Shown: positions 47,904 through 58,454, counted from the first letter of the whole stretch. The stretch: DNA of 63,966 nucleotides, filler included, from Sandaracinaceae bacterium (GCA_947483975.1; 3 parts of 3 records of this genome joined end to end with filler, not necessarily neighbours in it), one strand, 5' to 3'. The notes: generated by a model not told the origin, from the letters alone. Numbers and translations are program-made.

Positions 47904-50060
47904 TCAGTGCGTCGTGCCCCAGCCGCCGTCGCCGCGCGGCATCGGCACCCCGCCGTCGAGCGAGGGCACGCTGCCGTCGATGGGCGCGAGCGTCGTCGGC
48001 ACGAGCTGGTTGCCGCGCACGAGGACGGCCCCGCCGTCCGGCAGCACATAGCCGCCGCGCACCGTGTCGTACTTCGGGATCGGGAAGTCGATCGGCGAGC
48101 GCACGCTGCCGCGGATGCGCCCCTCGAGCACCTGCACGCGCAGCGGTCGGTCGAGCTGAAAGACGTAGCCGCCCTGATCGATCCGGAGGTCGTAGGTCTC
48201 GCCCTCGTACTCCATCGAGCGCTCGAAGTTCACGTTCTGCATCCCGATGCGGTGATGCGGGCGATGCGCGAGCACGAAGCTCATCAGGCGCACGGCGATG
48301 TGGTTGAGCAGCCGGTGACAGCCATGCGAGTACCGCCGCATGATGCTCATGTAGTCGACGGAACCGTGCGTGCGGATGCCCTCGTCGCCGTAGATGCGGA
48401 GCGAGCCATCGCCCGTCTCGCGGAACTGGTGGTGGTACGCCGCGACGAGCCCGTAGGCCGACGCGTAGCTCGGCCCGGTCTCGTGCAGGTTGACGACATA
48501 CGGCTTGGCGCCCGGGTGACGACGACCGGGGTTCGGGTCGAGGAGCGCGCGCGGGGGCGTGCTCTCGGGCGGGAGCCACACCGGGGCCGCGACGATCTCG
48601 GTCCAGACGACGGGACCGAACGGCGAGCCCTTGTACTTCCACCACTCGAGCCCATCGATGAACTCGCTGCGCCAGCCGCCGATCGTCGTGCCGAAGCGCG
48701 CGAGCGGGATGCGCTGCTCGCCGTAGGTCACGAAGATGGTCTCGTGCGGGCGGCGCTCGATCGGCTGCGAGATCTCGCCGCCGTGATCGTCGTAGGGGAA
48801 GTCGTACCAGACGTCGCCACGGTCGACCTCGACGCTCAGCTCCATGTCGCCGTCGTAGTACTCGGGCAGCGCGGGCCCCGCGAACGCGACGAGCTTCTCG
48901 CCGTCCGCCGGGAGCTCACCGAGCCCTTGGAGGAACGCGAGCGACTTCTCGGGAGTGTCGAGCCCGAACGCCGAGACGAGCGCGTTGCGCAGGTCGTCCT
49001 CGAGGTTCGGGATCGGGTGCTCCGCGCCGTCGCGCCCACGGAAGGTGCGCGGCGTGCCGTCGGGCTTGGTCGAGGTGCTGCCGTCCTCGATGACGCCCGC
49101 GGCGTGGATCGCGCGCTCGGTGAGCACGCGGACGAGGTCGTCGCGCTCGCTCTCCATCGGCGTGCGCTGCAGCACGGCGAGCGTCTGCGCGCCGATGAAG
49201 CCCCAGCCGGCCACGCGATGCCGCTTCTCGAGCCGCGCGAGCGCGTCGTGCGTCACGCGATCGAGGGCGCCCGGGGAATAGCGGCCGAGGCCGCGATAGA
49301 AGCCCTCGCACTCGAGCCGCGCCTGCAGCGCGAGGAGCGCGCGAGCCTTCGGGGCGCGCTGCGCGTATTGGTCGAGCGCGCCCTTCTCGCGATCCGAGAG
49401 CCGCGCCCGGTCGAGCGCGGCGACGGCCTCGACGTGATGGCGCGCGAGGATCGCCTGCACCTCGCGATCGAGGGCGACGAAGCGCGTCGCCGCTCGGCGC
49501 CCCTCTTCGTTGCCGGTGAACGGGATCGTGCCGTCGAAGCTCGTCAGCGGGCTGAGGTCGAGCGTGCGCGCGCAGGCAAGCTCGCTCGTCGCGGTCATGC
49601 GCGTGCGCAGCAGCGAGAGCGTGGGCGCGATCCCGAAGAGCTCGAGGTACTCGTCATCGCGCGCTCGGTCCCCGTGGAGGTCGTCGGGGAACTCGCCGCG
49701 CGCGAGCGCGAGGTAGGTGTGCCGGTAGCCGTTCGGCACGAGCGGCTCGGACTCGTTGCCGCGCTCGCCGAAGAGGTACGGCGCCCAGCCGTCGCCGAGG
49801 TCGAGCACGACGAGCCCCTGCTCACGCGCGTGCGCCGCGTCGATGTCGCGCACGAAGCGCCCGCCCTCCCAGAGTGGCACCGGACGCGCCATCGGCGGCG
49901 GACGACTGTCGGTCTCGTGCGGGGGTGCGATCGGCGGCGGCTCGAGCGGGTTCGGCGCGACGGGCTCCGGGTCAGCGGGCCCTCGCGTCGCGGCGCCCCC
50001 GCTGCACGCCGACAGCGCGAGGACCGTGAGCAGGAGAAAACAGGAGCATGAGAAGCGCAC
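47904..50060 (-). CDS. Large lipoprotein with peptidoglycan-binding-like segment and L,D-transpeptidase (YkuD-like) domain
   Basis: Lipobox LSAC; LQARL..EG...T..AL..; PVWLPP; IRTHGS-x10-SHGCHRL catalytic motif. Start could be ATG 50120. Confidence 0.75.
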   Translation of the reverse strand: MRFSCSCFLLLTVLALSACSGGAATRGPADPEPVAPNPLEPPPIAPPHETDSRPPPMARPVPLWEGGRFVRDIDAAHAREQGLVVLDLGDGWAPYLFGERGNESEPLVPNGYRHTYLALARGEFPDDLHGDRARDDEYLELFGIAPTLSLLRTRMTATSELACARTLDLSPLTSFDGTIPFTGNEEGRRAATRFVALDREVQAILARHHVEAVAALDRARLSDREKGALDQYAQRAPKARALLALQARLECEGFYRGLGRYSPGALDRVTHDALARLEKRHRVAGWGFIGAQTLAVLQRTPMESERDDLVRVLTERAIHAAGVIEDGSTSTKPDGTPRTFRGRDGAEHPIPNLEDDLRNALVSAFGLDTPEKSLAFLQGLGELPADGEKLVAFAGPALPEYYDGDMELSVEVDRGDVWYDFPYDDHGGEISQPIERRPHETIFVTYGEQRIPLARFGTTIGGWRSEFIDGLEWWKYKGSPFGPVVWTEIVAAPVWLPPESTPPRALLDPNPGRRHPGAKPYVVNLHETGPSYASAYGLVAAYHHQFRETGDGSLRIYGDEGIRTHGSVDYMSIMRRYSHGCHRLLNHIAVRLMSFVLAHRPHHRIGMQNVNFERSMEYEGETYDLRIDQGGYVFQLDRPLRVQVLEGRIRGSVRSPIDFPIPKYDTVRGGYVLPDGGAVLVRGNQLVPTTLAPIDGSVPSLDGGVPMPRGDGGWGTTH

Positions 50061-50256
50061 GGTGGGCCGACCTTTCGACGAAAGCCTGGGGCGCGCAAGT
50101 TCTCCGCTGCCCCGGTTCATCGAGGTGAGAAAGCGCGAAACGTGCCAGGGACGAACGCGCGTCAGCGACGGACAATTGCCCAGGCTGCGCGAGGCGCCCG
50201 TGGGAGCCGGGACGCGCTCGCGCGTACGTCGAGCCACGGACGCGGGCGCGGGAGGC

Positions 50257-50937
50257 TCAGCGCGCGTGGTGGGGCGCGCTCGGGTCCTCGGGCTCCGGGT
50301 GGAACGGCCCGCGCCAGTCGCTGATGACGGAGAGCACGGGCAGCGGCGCGAACTTCACCGAGAACGCGACGGGCTCCGGGAACACCGGCGCGCTGGTGGC
50401 GAGCCGAACATAAGTGAGTGGAAGTCGGAGCGTGAACGAGAACGCGCCGATGCAGAGGTAGATGCCGAGGCGCGGCGAGAACGTCGTCGCGAAGCCGTTG
50501 CCGCCGCCTCGCAGCCCGAGGTCCGCCTCGACGCCGAGGAAGCCGCCGAAGTGTCCGCCGAGCGCGAAGTTCGGCTGCAGGTCCACGCTCGGCGACGAGC
50601 CGAAGACGTTGGTCAGCTCCAGGGTCGCGTGCGCGCCGACGCCGAACGTCAGCAGGCGCTGCGTGACGTCCTCGAGCGACGAGCCGAAGAGCGTGCGCGT
50701 GCGGTCATCGGTGCCGGGGACGAGCGAGCCGAGGTAGAGCGTGTAGCTCAGCTCGAGCCCGAGGCTGCTGCCCGCCGGGCGCCCGCTGCCCGCCTCCTCC
50801 CGCGCGAACAGCAAGCCGATGTTCGGCAGCGCGCGCCCCCGCCAGCCGTCGTCGGCGCGAACCGTTGGTGCAGCAAACAACATGGCTGCAGCAAGCCATG
50901 CGGACAGCGCGAGCAGAGCGCTCGAGCGCACACGCAC
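50257..50937 (-). CDS. Exported beta-strand-rich protein (possible small outer-membrane barrel)
   Basis: Signal ending VRA; alternating hydrophobic strands; track N-extension overlaps the divergent gene and was trimmed. Confidence 0.5.
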   Translation of the reverse strand: MRVRSSALLALSAWLAAAMLFAAPTVRADDGWRGRALPNIGLLFAREEAGSGRPAGSSLGLELSYTLYLGSLVPGTDDRTRTLFGSSLEDVTQRLLTFGVGAHATLELTNVFGSSPSVDLQPNFALGGHFGGFLGVEADLGLRGGGNGFATTFSPRLGIYLCIGAFSFTLRLPLTYVRLATSAPVFPEPVAFSVKFAPLPVLSVISDWRGPFHPEPEDPSAPHHAR

Positions 50938-51013
50938 CAGCCGACGACGAGCAGCCACGCGCGCAGCGTAGCGCGCCCTCACGCGCACCGCTCCGACGCA
51001 GTACGCTCGGGCG

Positions 51014-51907
51014 ATGAACTCACTCCGACTCGGCAAAGTGCCCGCCTTGCTCGCGCTGCTCGCCCTGCCCGCCGTCCTGATCGGGGCTGCCTGCGGCGAC
51101 GACACGACGCCTCCCGCCCGCACCGACGCGGGCCTCGACGCGGGTCCCGCCGATCTCGGTCCGCCCGATCTCGGACCGCCTCCCGACTTCGGCCCGCCGC
51201 CCGATCTCGGACCGCCCCCGGGCGACGTGCACGTCGTGATGACCGCCGACAACGCCTACAGCTTCGCCTACGGCACCTCGAGCATGATCGAGACGTTCAT
51301 CCGCGGCTCCCGCGCCTCGCTCGCCGGGGAGATCTTCAACTGCCCCGTCGGCAACGGCCCTGAGCAGTACACCGTGCCGGCGGCGTCCGCGCCGGCGGGC
51401 GCGTACCTCTACGTCGTGACCTGGGACGACCTCGCCGTGACGCAGGGCGTGCTCGGCGAATTCGAGCGCGACGGCGCCTACGTCTACACGGGCGACGAGC
51501 GCTTCGAGGTCTGCGCGACGGGCCTCGACTACTCGGTCGCGAGCGCCGGCGTCGACCCGGTCAACGGGCCGACCAAAGAGGTCGTCGAGGCCGAGATCGC
51601 GCGCTGCAACGCGGGCAGCGGCGACGCGGCGACGACGAGCCAGGGCTGGGTCGACCTCGCGGGCGCGGTCACCGCGGGCGCGACGGGCACGCTCGCCGTC
51701 GGCGAGGCCAACGACGCGGTGCCGGGCGGCGACTTCCCGACGGTCTGTCAGGGCGACGCGACGACGCCGGGCGTAGACGCCGCCTCCAAGTGGATGTGGT
51801 ACTCGCCGCCGGGCCTCAGCGGCTCGCCGTTCCACTCGACTGGCACCAACACGTTCAAGGCGTTCCTGATCTTCCGGCTGCCCGCCGACCAGATCATCCT
51901 GCTCTGA
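51014..51907 (+). CDS. Lipoprotein with DLG/Pro linker and beta-sandwich-like domain
   Basis: GAAC-GDD; DAG/DLGPP repeats; MTADNAY; four further Cys. Confidence 0.8.
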   Translation: MNSLRLGKVPALLALLALPAVLIGAACGDDTTPPARTDAGLDAGPADLGPPDLGPPPDFGPPPDLGPPPGDVHVVMTADNAYSFAYGTSSMIETFIRGSRASLAGEIFNCPVGNGPEQYTVPAASAPAGAYLYVVTWDDLAVTQGVLGEFERDGAYVYTGDERFEVCATGLDYSVASAGVDPVNGPTKEVVEAEIARCNAGSGDAATTSQGWVDLAGAVTAGATGTLAVGEANDAVPGGDFPTVCQGDATTPGVDAASKWMWYSPPGLSGSPFHSTGTNTFKAFLIFRLPADQIILL

Positions 51908-51936
51908 GCGGCTCGAAGCCGCGCCGCGACCGACCG

Positions 51937-51969
51937 GAAGGGCCCGATGCGCTCCGCACCGGGCCCTTC
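51937..51969. terminator. Strong hairpin between convergent genes (probable bidirectional terminator)
   Basis: GAAGGGCCCG-A-TGCG-CTC-CGCA-C-CGGGCCCTTC; a second hairpin GCGGCT-CGA-AGCCGC at 51908-51922. Confidence 0.6.
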
Positions 51970-51974
51970 GTCCG

Positions 51975-52739
51975 TCAGAGCCCGCCGCCGCCGTCGACGT
52001 CGATCGTGCGCGCGTTGAAGTAGTCGCACTCGAGCACGAACTTCACGGCGACCCAGAGGTCCTCGGGCAGGCCGATGCGCCCGACGGGGATGGTCGCGAC
52101 GATGGCGTCGCGCGCCTTCTGGTTCATGCCCTGCGTCATCGGCGTCTCGACCATGCCCGGCGCGACGCAGCCGACGCGAATCCCGAAGTTCGCGAACTCA
52201 CGCGCCCAGGTGACGGTGTTCGTCGCGAGCGCCGCCTTGGCCGCCGCGTAGTTCGACTGCCCACGATTTCCGTGCCGCGCGATGGACGCCATGTTGACGA
52301 TGACGCCGGGCTTGCTGCCCGTCTCGACCATCTTCGCCACCGTCTCGCGGACCATCATCACGGCGCCCGTCAGGTTCACGTCGATGACGGCCATGAACTG
52401 CTCGCGCGACATCTTCTTCACCTCGCCGGTCTCGCGGTCCTTCTTCACGAGGAGGCCGTCGCGCAGGATGCCGGCGTTGTTGACGAGGCCGTTGAGCCCG
52501 CCCATCGCCTCGTGCGCCCACGCGACGAAGGCGATGCAGTCCGCCTCGCTCGAGACGTCGAGCTTGCGCGCGTGGATCTTGCCCGGGCCCGCGACGCTCG
52601 CCGCGACCTCCGCGAGCAGCTCCTCCTTCACGTCGCCGATGGCGACCTGCGCGCCCGCCTCCGCGAGACGCTTGGCAAAGTGCGCGCCCATCCCCTGGGC
52701 GCCGCCGGTGACGATGATCTTCAGGTCGTCGAGCTTCAT
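51975..52739 (-). CDS. Short-chain dehydrogenase/reductase (FabG-like)
   Basis: TGGAQGMG, NNAGILRD, NYAAAKAA, APGMVET, IPVGRIG; GGAGG SD. Confidence 0.93.
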   Translation of the reverse strand: MKLDDLKIIVTGGAQGMGAHFAKRLAEAGAQVAIGDVKEELLAEVAASVAGPGKIHARKLDVSSEADCIAFVAWAHEAMGGLNGLVNNAGILRDGLLVKKDRETGEVKKMSREQFMAVIDVNLTGAVMMVRETVAKMVETGSKPGVIVNMASIARHGNRGQSNYAAAKAALATNTVTWAREFANFGIRVGCVAPGMVETPMTQGMNQKARDAIVATIPVGRIGLPEDLWVAVKFVLECDYFNARTIDVDGGGGL

Positions 52740-52898
52740 GTCGTGGGCCTCCATGCGCAGCCACCGAGCGATCGAGCCGGGGGCGCGGCGAGCCGATACC
52801 ACGCGCGGGCGAGCGAGTCAGCGCGCGCGGCGCTCCGGGGCAGCGCTCGCCGCAAGGTTGCCCTCCGCCGCCGACTGCGCTCTGCTGCCGAGGTCGAG

Positions 52899-53218
52899 AT
52901 GCAATCGCCGGAACAGCCGAAGCCGAAGGCCACCGTCAAGCTGTGGAACGCAGTGGCGGACTCCCTCGTGCAGGACGCGGGCGTCTCTGGGCTCGAGGAG
53001 ACCGTCGCGTCGCTGCTGCACGCGCGGGCGTTCCGACACTTCGCCGAGGGCCTGCGGCAGTATCTCGCGGTCCGCGTCGGCAGCACCGAGGCCGCGGACG
53101 TCGTGCTGCGGCGCCTGCGCCTCGTCGCGGGCGAGTGGCCCGCCTCGGAGCTCGTCGCGGCGCCCGGGGCGCGCGCGCGCCTCTATCGGAAGGCGCGGGA
53201 GCTCGCCTCAGCGCAGCG
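52899..53218 (+). CDS. N-terminal fragment of a protein with a degenerate ECF-sigma region-2-like segment; truncated at contig edge
   Basis: LRQYLAVRVGSTEAADVVL...ARLYRKARE resembles sigma2 but lacks DxxQ and W. Confidence 0.4.
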
Positions 53219-53318
53219 NNNNNNNNNNNNNNNNNNNNNNNNNNNNNNNNNNNNNNNNNNNNTTAATTAATTAANNNNNNNNNNNNNNNNNNNNNNNNNN
53301 NNNNNNNNNNNNNNNNNN
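53219..53318. other. Artificial contig linker
   Basis: 44 N + TTAATTAATTAA + 44 N. Confidence 0.99.
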
Positions 53319-55653
53319 CGCGCGCGGGGCCATCATCGACGTGCGCGCGCACATCGGTCCGCGCTACGAGCTGGTGCTGCGCGGGCACGCGCCGCTGACG
53401 CGCGACGCCCTCTCGACGGCGCTCGCCGTGCGCACCGAGCGGCTGACGGGCTCGCCCGGGGAGCGCGGGCTGCACGATCGCATCGTCGATCTCTACCTGC
53501 GGCACGGCTTTCTCGACGCGCAGGTCGAGATCCGACGGGAGGCTGCGGCCGAAGGGCACGCGCGGCTCGTCATCGCCATCACGCCCGGAGCGCAGCGCCG
53601 GGTCGCGCGCCTCGACTTCCCGGGCGCCGCGCACTTCGAGACGAGCTTCTTGCGCGATCAGGTCGTCAGCTACCTCGAGGAGGACGTCGCGGGCGCGACG
53701 CTCGTGTATCCCGTCGACTCGGAGGTCGCCGACGCGATCGGCGCGAACGGGCGCGCGCTGCAACGGCGCCGGGAGGTGCCCGAGCCGCTGCTGGTCGAGC
53801 CGAGGCGCATCTACTACGCGCCGACCTACGCGCGCGCGCTCCAGCACATCGAGGACCTCTATCAGTCGGCGGGCTACCTCGGCGCGCAGGTCGGACCCGA
53901 GCGGCTCGAGCGCCTCGCGAGCGGGGAGCTCGCCGTCGCGGTGCCGGTGGTCGAAGGGCCGCAGACGCGCCTCCGCGCCGTGTCGGTCGTCGGCAACACC
54001 GTGATCGGCGCGCGTGAGCTCGTCACCGCGGCTGGCCTCGAGCGCGACGCGCCGTTCGGCTATCTCGCGGTCGAAGAGGCGCGCGCCAAGATGCAGGCGC
54101 TCTATCACGAGCTCGGCTACCTCTACGCGACGGTCGAGCCCGAGTCTCGCTTCAGCGCCGACCGCACGCGCGCCGAGGTCACGTTCCGCGTGATCGAGCG
54201 CTTCCCGGTGCGCGTCAGCGGCGTGATCTTTCACGGGCTCGCGCGCACGAGCCAGGCCCTCGTGCGCTCACGCCTGCGCCTGCACGAGGGCGACCTCTAT
54301 CGACCGAGCCTCGCGCGGCGCTCCGAGGAGCTGCTGCTCGAGCTCGGCGTCTTCAGCGGCGCGACCATCGCGGTCGAGGACGAGGACCTGCCCGCGCGCG
54401 AGAAGCGCCTCGTCGTCACGCTCTCCGAGCGCCGCACCCAGTACCTCGAGACGTCCCTCGGCATCTCGACCGGCCAGGGAATTCGCGCGGGCTTCGAGTA
54501 CGGCTATCGCAACCTCGTCGGCACGGCGGTCTCGACGTCGCTGCGCGTGCAGCTCGGCTATCAGTTCTTCCTGATCGACCCGGTGATCCAGAGCTACTTC
54601 GATCGACTCTCGCTCGCCGATCGCCTCGAGCGGCGTGTCACGCTCGCGGTCACCGCGCCGTACATCTGGGGCCTGCCGAACGTGCACGGCTCGGTCGAGG
54701 CCTCGCTCATCCGGCACAACGAGCGGCAGTTCGGCTACGACAACAACAGCGCCGTCTTGTCGCTCTCTTGGCGCCCGGCGCGCGCGCTCGCGATGACCTT
54801 CAGCGGCGCGGTCGAGAACAACAACCTCAGCCTCTTCGGCGGCAACGCGCTCGCCGATCTGCGCGAGACCGCGGCGAGCGATCCGCGCCTGTCGCGCCTG
54901 CTGCGCATCCCGAGCGGCGCGTCGACGCTCGTCTCGACGAGCGTGACGACGTCCGTCGATCTGCGCGACAACCCGTTCACGCCGACGCGCGGACTGTTCT
55001 CGACGCTGACCGCGGAATACGCCCGCTCGCTGACGACGGAGCAGCTCGCGAGCGGCGACCAGTTCTTCTCGAATTTCGTGAAGCTCTCGTTCAGCGCGAG
55101 CGGCTACGTCCCGCTCGCGACGGGGCTCGTGCTCGCGCTGCAGTTCCGCATCGGGCGCATCTTCGCCGTCGACCCGCGCTCGGAAACGTACCCGAATCGG
55201 CAGTACTTCCTCGGCGGCGTCGACTCGATGCGCGGCTATCTGCAAGACGCGCTCATCCCCCAGGAGTTCGCCACGGTGCTGCAGCACGACGTCGGCGGGC
55301 GCGCCTCGCCGAGCGCGATCTTCCGCGGCGGCGACGCGTTCGTGCTCGCGCGCGCGGAGCTGCGCTTCCCGATCCTCGGCGCCCTCGGCGGCGGCGTCTT
55401 CATCGACGCGGGCAACGTCTGGGCGGACGCGCGCGACCTCGACGTCTTCGAGCTGCGCCCGACGGCGGGGCTCGGGCTGCGCCTCGCGACGCCCGTCGGA
55501 CCGCTCGCGTTCGACTACGGCTTCGTGCTCTTGCGCCGCAGCCTGCCCGTCTCGGGCTGCGGCGAGCCGTCGTCCCTCAGCCCGCGAGAGTGCGTCGCGG
55601 ACGCGCCGTTCGAGCCCGTCGGAGCCTTCCACTTCTCGATCGGACTCTTCTAG
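53319..55653 (+). CDS. Omp85 (BamA/TamA family) protein with POTRA domains; 5' truncated
   Basis: POTRA motifs (LY...GY..A.V, VVEGPQ), DLRDNPFTPTRG, GG.DSMRGY, FIDAGNVW, GLGLR..TPVGP..FDYG, FHFSIGLF. Confidence 0.92.
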
Positions 55654-55673
55654 CCCTCGGACCAACATCGACG

Positions 55674-55702
55674 TTGACAGGCTGGGAGCGCATCACCACA
55701 GT
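55674..55702 (+). promoter_or_regulatory. Putative promoter of small ORF 55712
   Basis: TTGACA-17 nt-CACAGT, 9 nt before the ATG. Confidence 0.45.
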
Positions 55703-55711
55703 GAATGAGCG

Positions 55712-55873
55712 ATGACGGACCCAAAGCATGACTCGACCAGCAAGCCCCTCGGCGAGCGTGTGCGCGAGATCCTGCAGGGCTGGCTCGACGCAGGGGACGA
55801 GCTCGCCGCGAGCGTGTTCGGACCGCCGAAGCTGCAGCCGGCGATGATCCCGCTGCGCCGCCCGCGGCGCTGA
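55712..55873 (+). CDS. 53-aa small protein (not in ORF track)
   Basis: MTDPKHDSTSKPLGERVREILQGWLDAGDELAASVFGPPKLQPAMIPLRRPRR; strong GC3 bias; fills the gap. Confidence 0.6.
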   Translation: MTDPKHDSTSKPLGERVREILQGWLDAGDELAASVFGPPKLQPAMIPLRRPRR

Positions 55874-55916
55874 AGCTCGGTGACGGCGACTCGCTGCGCC
55901 GCGCGCGCCGTGTCGG

Positions 55917-56444
55917 CTAGCGCGCGACGAGCTCGGCCATCTCGCGCGTGATCGTCTCACGCTCGGCGAGGGAGAAGCCCTCACGCTCGCGGATGATGCG
56001 GCCCTGACGATTGACCCAGACGCTGAACGGCGCGGCGTGGCGCGGGTTCATCTGCGAGGAGACGCGGGTGTCGAGGTCGCTCAGGACCGGGAAGGTGACG
56101 CCGAGCCGACGCGACGCCGGGCCGACCTGCGTGATGGTCGAGGTGTCGTCCATCGCGACGGCGACGACCTGCAGGCCGGTCGCCCGGTGCCGCACGAAGA
56201 GCGACTGATAGAAGGGGATCTCCTGCCGACAGGGCGCGCACCACGTCGCCCAGAACAGGATGACGATCGGGTCATGCCCGAGGTGCTCGGCCATCTCGAA
56301 GCGCCCGCGGGTCGGACCGCCGACCACGGCAGGCAGCGTGAACGACGGCGGGCGCGCGCCGACGCGAGCGGCAGAGCGCGCGGGCACGAGGGCGGCGAGC
56401 GAGGCGAGCACGAGGGCGGCGATGACGAGAGGGAGGCGCTTCAT
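55917..56444 (-). CDS. Exported TlpA-family thiol-disulfide oxidoreductase
   Basis: Signal peptide; PSFTL, FWATWCAPCRQEIP, FPVLSD, cis-Pro AAP; GAGGA SD. Confidence 0.9.
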   Translation of the reverse strand: MKRLPLVIAALVLASLAALVPARSAARVGARPPSFTLPAVVGGPTRGRFEMAEHLGHDPIVILFWATWCAPCRQEIPFYQSLFVRHRATGLQVVAVAMDDTSTITQVGPASRRLGVTFPVLSDLDTRVSSQMNPRHAAPFSVWVNRQGRIIREREGFSLAERETITREMAELVAR

Positions 56445-56495
56445 GTCGGTCCTCGGACGTTGCGGGAGGCGGCGGTATTCGCGCGCCGAGCGAGC

Positions 56496-58454
56496 TCAAA
56501 TCCGTAGCACGAGCTGGGCGAGAAACCCCTCGAACGCCTGCACGTCGCGGCACACGCCGCCCGAGCAGAAGCGCCCGCCGGGCGTCGAGCCAGCGAACAC
56601 GCTGACGAAGTTCTCGGTGGTGAAGTGCCACTTCGCCTCGAGGGCGGGGTACATCGAGCCGCCGAGGAAGTTGTACGAGCGGTCCGCGCGAGCCTCGGTC
56701 AGGGCGAGGTTCTCGTCGCTCCAGCGCACGCTCGGCGAGAGCGAGAACTGCGCGCCGTACGACCAGGTGAGCGCAACGCCACCCTGCGTGAAGTTGGAGT
56801 ACTCGATGGCGAGCCGCTCGCGCTCGAAGCGCTGATCGACGCGGATCTCGAAGCTGTGCTTGCCCGCGGCGAGCGAGACGTCCACCTCGCCGTGCAGCAC
56901 CTGCCGGTCGAGATCGCCCTGCGCCGCGCGCCCCGGCGGGTCGTGCAGGAACGTCTCGCGCCGCGCGCCGACGAGCGTCTCGATGCTCCAGCCGAGCGCG
57001 TCGCTCTCGTCGTCGTCGCCTGCCGCGCCATCCTCGCCCGGGTCGTCGCTCGCGGCCGGGTCGCCGCCGCCTCCGACCTCGCTGTGCCGACGCAGCCCGA
57101 GCCAGCCGTGCGTGACGAGCACGCCGTCCCACGGGTCCTCGTTCTGCTCGTTGAAGCCGTAGACGAGCGCGTTGACGGAGAAGCTCCACGGGCCAGGCAG
57201 GAACGCGTAGTCGAAGCGCACGCTGCCGCCGCGACGATTGCCGATCGCGCGCACGCGCTGCAGCCCGTCGAGCTCGAGCGTCGGCAGGCTCGAGTAGATG
57301 CGCCAATTCTCGAGCGGCGTGGTCGAGGTCGCCACGAGGTAGTTCCGGTAGTCGACCCACTCCGCGAGCAGCGTGATGCGCTCGAGCTGGAGCTGCGCCG
57401 AGCCGTAGACCGCGCGCCCGTATTGGTGAGTCTCGCCGCGGAAATTGGTCGCGGTGCGGCGGAGCGCGTTCGCCTCGACGTAGAGCGCGAGCTGCCCGTC
57501 GATCAGCGCGGGCGCCGACGCGTGCCAGCCGGCGACGTCGACGCTGCGGTCACGTTCGACGTCGTCCTGCGCGTCCTCGAACCAGAGGCGCGTGGCGTGA
57601 AAGCCGAGCTCGAGATCCTGCATCGCGCCGAGGCGCATCCCGAACTCGCCGCCGACGACGACGTCGGTCGGCTCCTCGATGAAGGCGAGGTTCGTCGGAT
57701 CGAGGTTCTGCGGGTTCGCGACGCCGCCGACGACGCGGGCGTAGAGCTTGTCGCCCTCGTAGGCGACGCGCCCGCCGCGCAGCGTGTTGTCGAGCCCGAC
57801 CAGGTCCGCCTTGCGGAACGAGAGCGCGAGCCCGCGGCCGAGCACCGCGTAGTGATCGCCGAGCACGACGCTCCACTCGCCGTGATCCCAGCGGAGCGCG
57901 ACGCGCTCGGGGCGGTAGTCGTTCGAGAGAAAGCAAAGATCGGCGTCGTCGACGCCGCACGCTTGATGCAGCGAGACGCCGTGATCGAAGAAGAACGGCT
58001 GAAAGCCGTCGAGGCGCACCTCGAGGCGCACCTCGTCGGACGAGAGCGAGAGATCGAAGCGCTGCTGCAGCGACAGGAAGTCGTCGTCGTAGTGCTGGTC
58101 GGTCGGCTCGACGCCGCTGTAGTTCTGGCCGCGAAAGCGAGCCGTCGTCGTGCTCGTCATCGAGAACGTCGTCGGACCGACGAGCGGCAGCCGGAAGGTC
58201 AGCGGACCGAGGTCCTCGTCTTCGGCGTCGGCGTCAGCGGCCGCGTCGACAGCGTCGGCGGCCGTGTCCGCGGCAGCGTCCGAGTCGTCACCGGCGGCTT
58301 CCGCGACGGCGTCCGGCGCCGCGGCCGTGTCGCCTGCCGGCAAGGGCTCGTCCTGCGCGCTCGCGAGGGACGGAACGGCGACGGCCGCGAGGAGCACGAA
58401 GCCCATCGCGGCCGTGAGCCGACTTGCGTGGAAGGAGGGTCGCTCTCCGCTCAT
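56496..58454 (-). CDS. Outer-membrane beta-barrel protein, DUF6029-like, with C-terminal CxGGVC motif
   Basis: Signal ending ASA-Q; acidic linker; LGDHYAVLGRGLAL, DNTLRGG; ends GGRFCSGGVCRDVQAFEG..AQLVLRI; TGATG overlap with the upstream redoxin. Confidence 0.75.
   Translation of the reverse strand: MSGERPSFHASRLTAAMGFVLLAAVAVPSLASAQDEPLPAGDTAAAPDAVAEAAGDDSDAAADTAADAVDAAADADAEDEDLGPLTFRLPLVGPTTFSMTSTTTARFRGQNYSGVEPTDQHYDDDFLSLQQRFDLSLSSDEVRLEVRLDGFQPFFFDHGVSLHQACGVDDADLCFLSNDYRPERVALRWDHGEWSVVLGDHYAVLGRGLALSFRKADLVGLDNTLRGGRVAYEGDKLYARVVGGVANPQNLDPTNLAFIEEPTDVVVGGEFGMRLGAMQDLELGFHATRLWFEDAQDDVERDRSVDVAGWHASAPALIDGQLALYVEANALRRTATNFRGETHQYGRAVYGSAQLQLERITLLAEWVDYRNYLVATSTTPLENWRIYSSLPTLELDGLQRVRAIGNRRGGSVRFDYAFLPGPWSFSVNALVYGFNEQNEDPWDGVLVTHGWLGLRRHSEVGGGGDPAASDDPGEDGAAGDDDESDALGWSIETLVGARRETFLHDPPGRAAQGDLDRQVLHGEVDVSLAAGKHSFEIRVDQRFERERLAIEYSNFTQGGVALTWSYGAQFSLSPSVRWSDENLALTEARADRSYNFLGGSMYPALEAKWHFTTENFVSVFAGSTPGGRFCSGGVCRDVQAFEGFLAQLVLRI

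Noticed and set aside
52899..55653. Functional link between the sigma-like fragment and Omp85, or between PMM and the M16 pair
   Set aside because: Each pair is separated by a contig linker, so adjacency is arbitrary.
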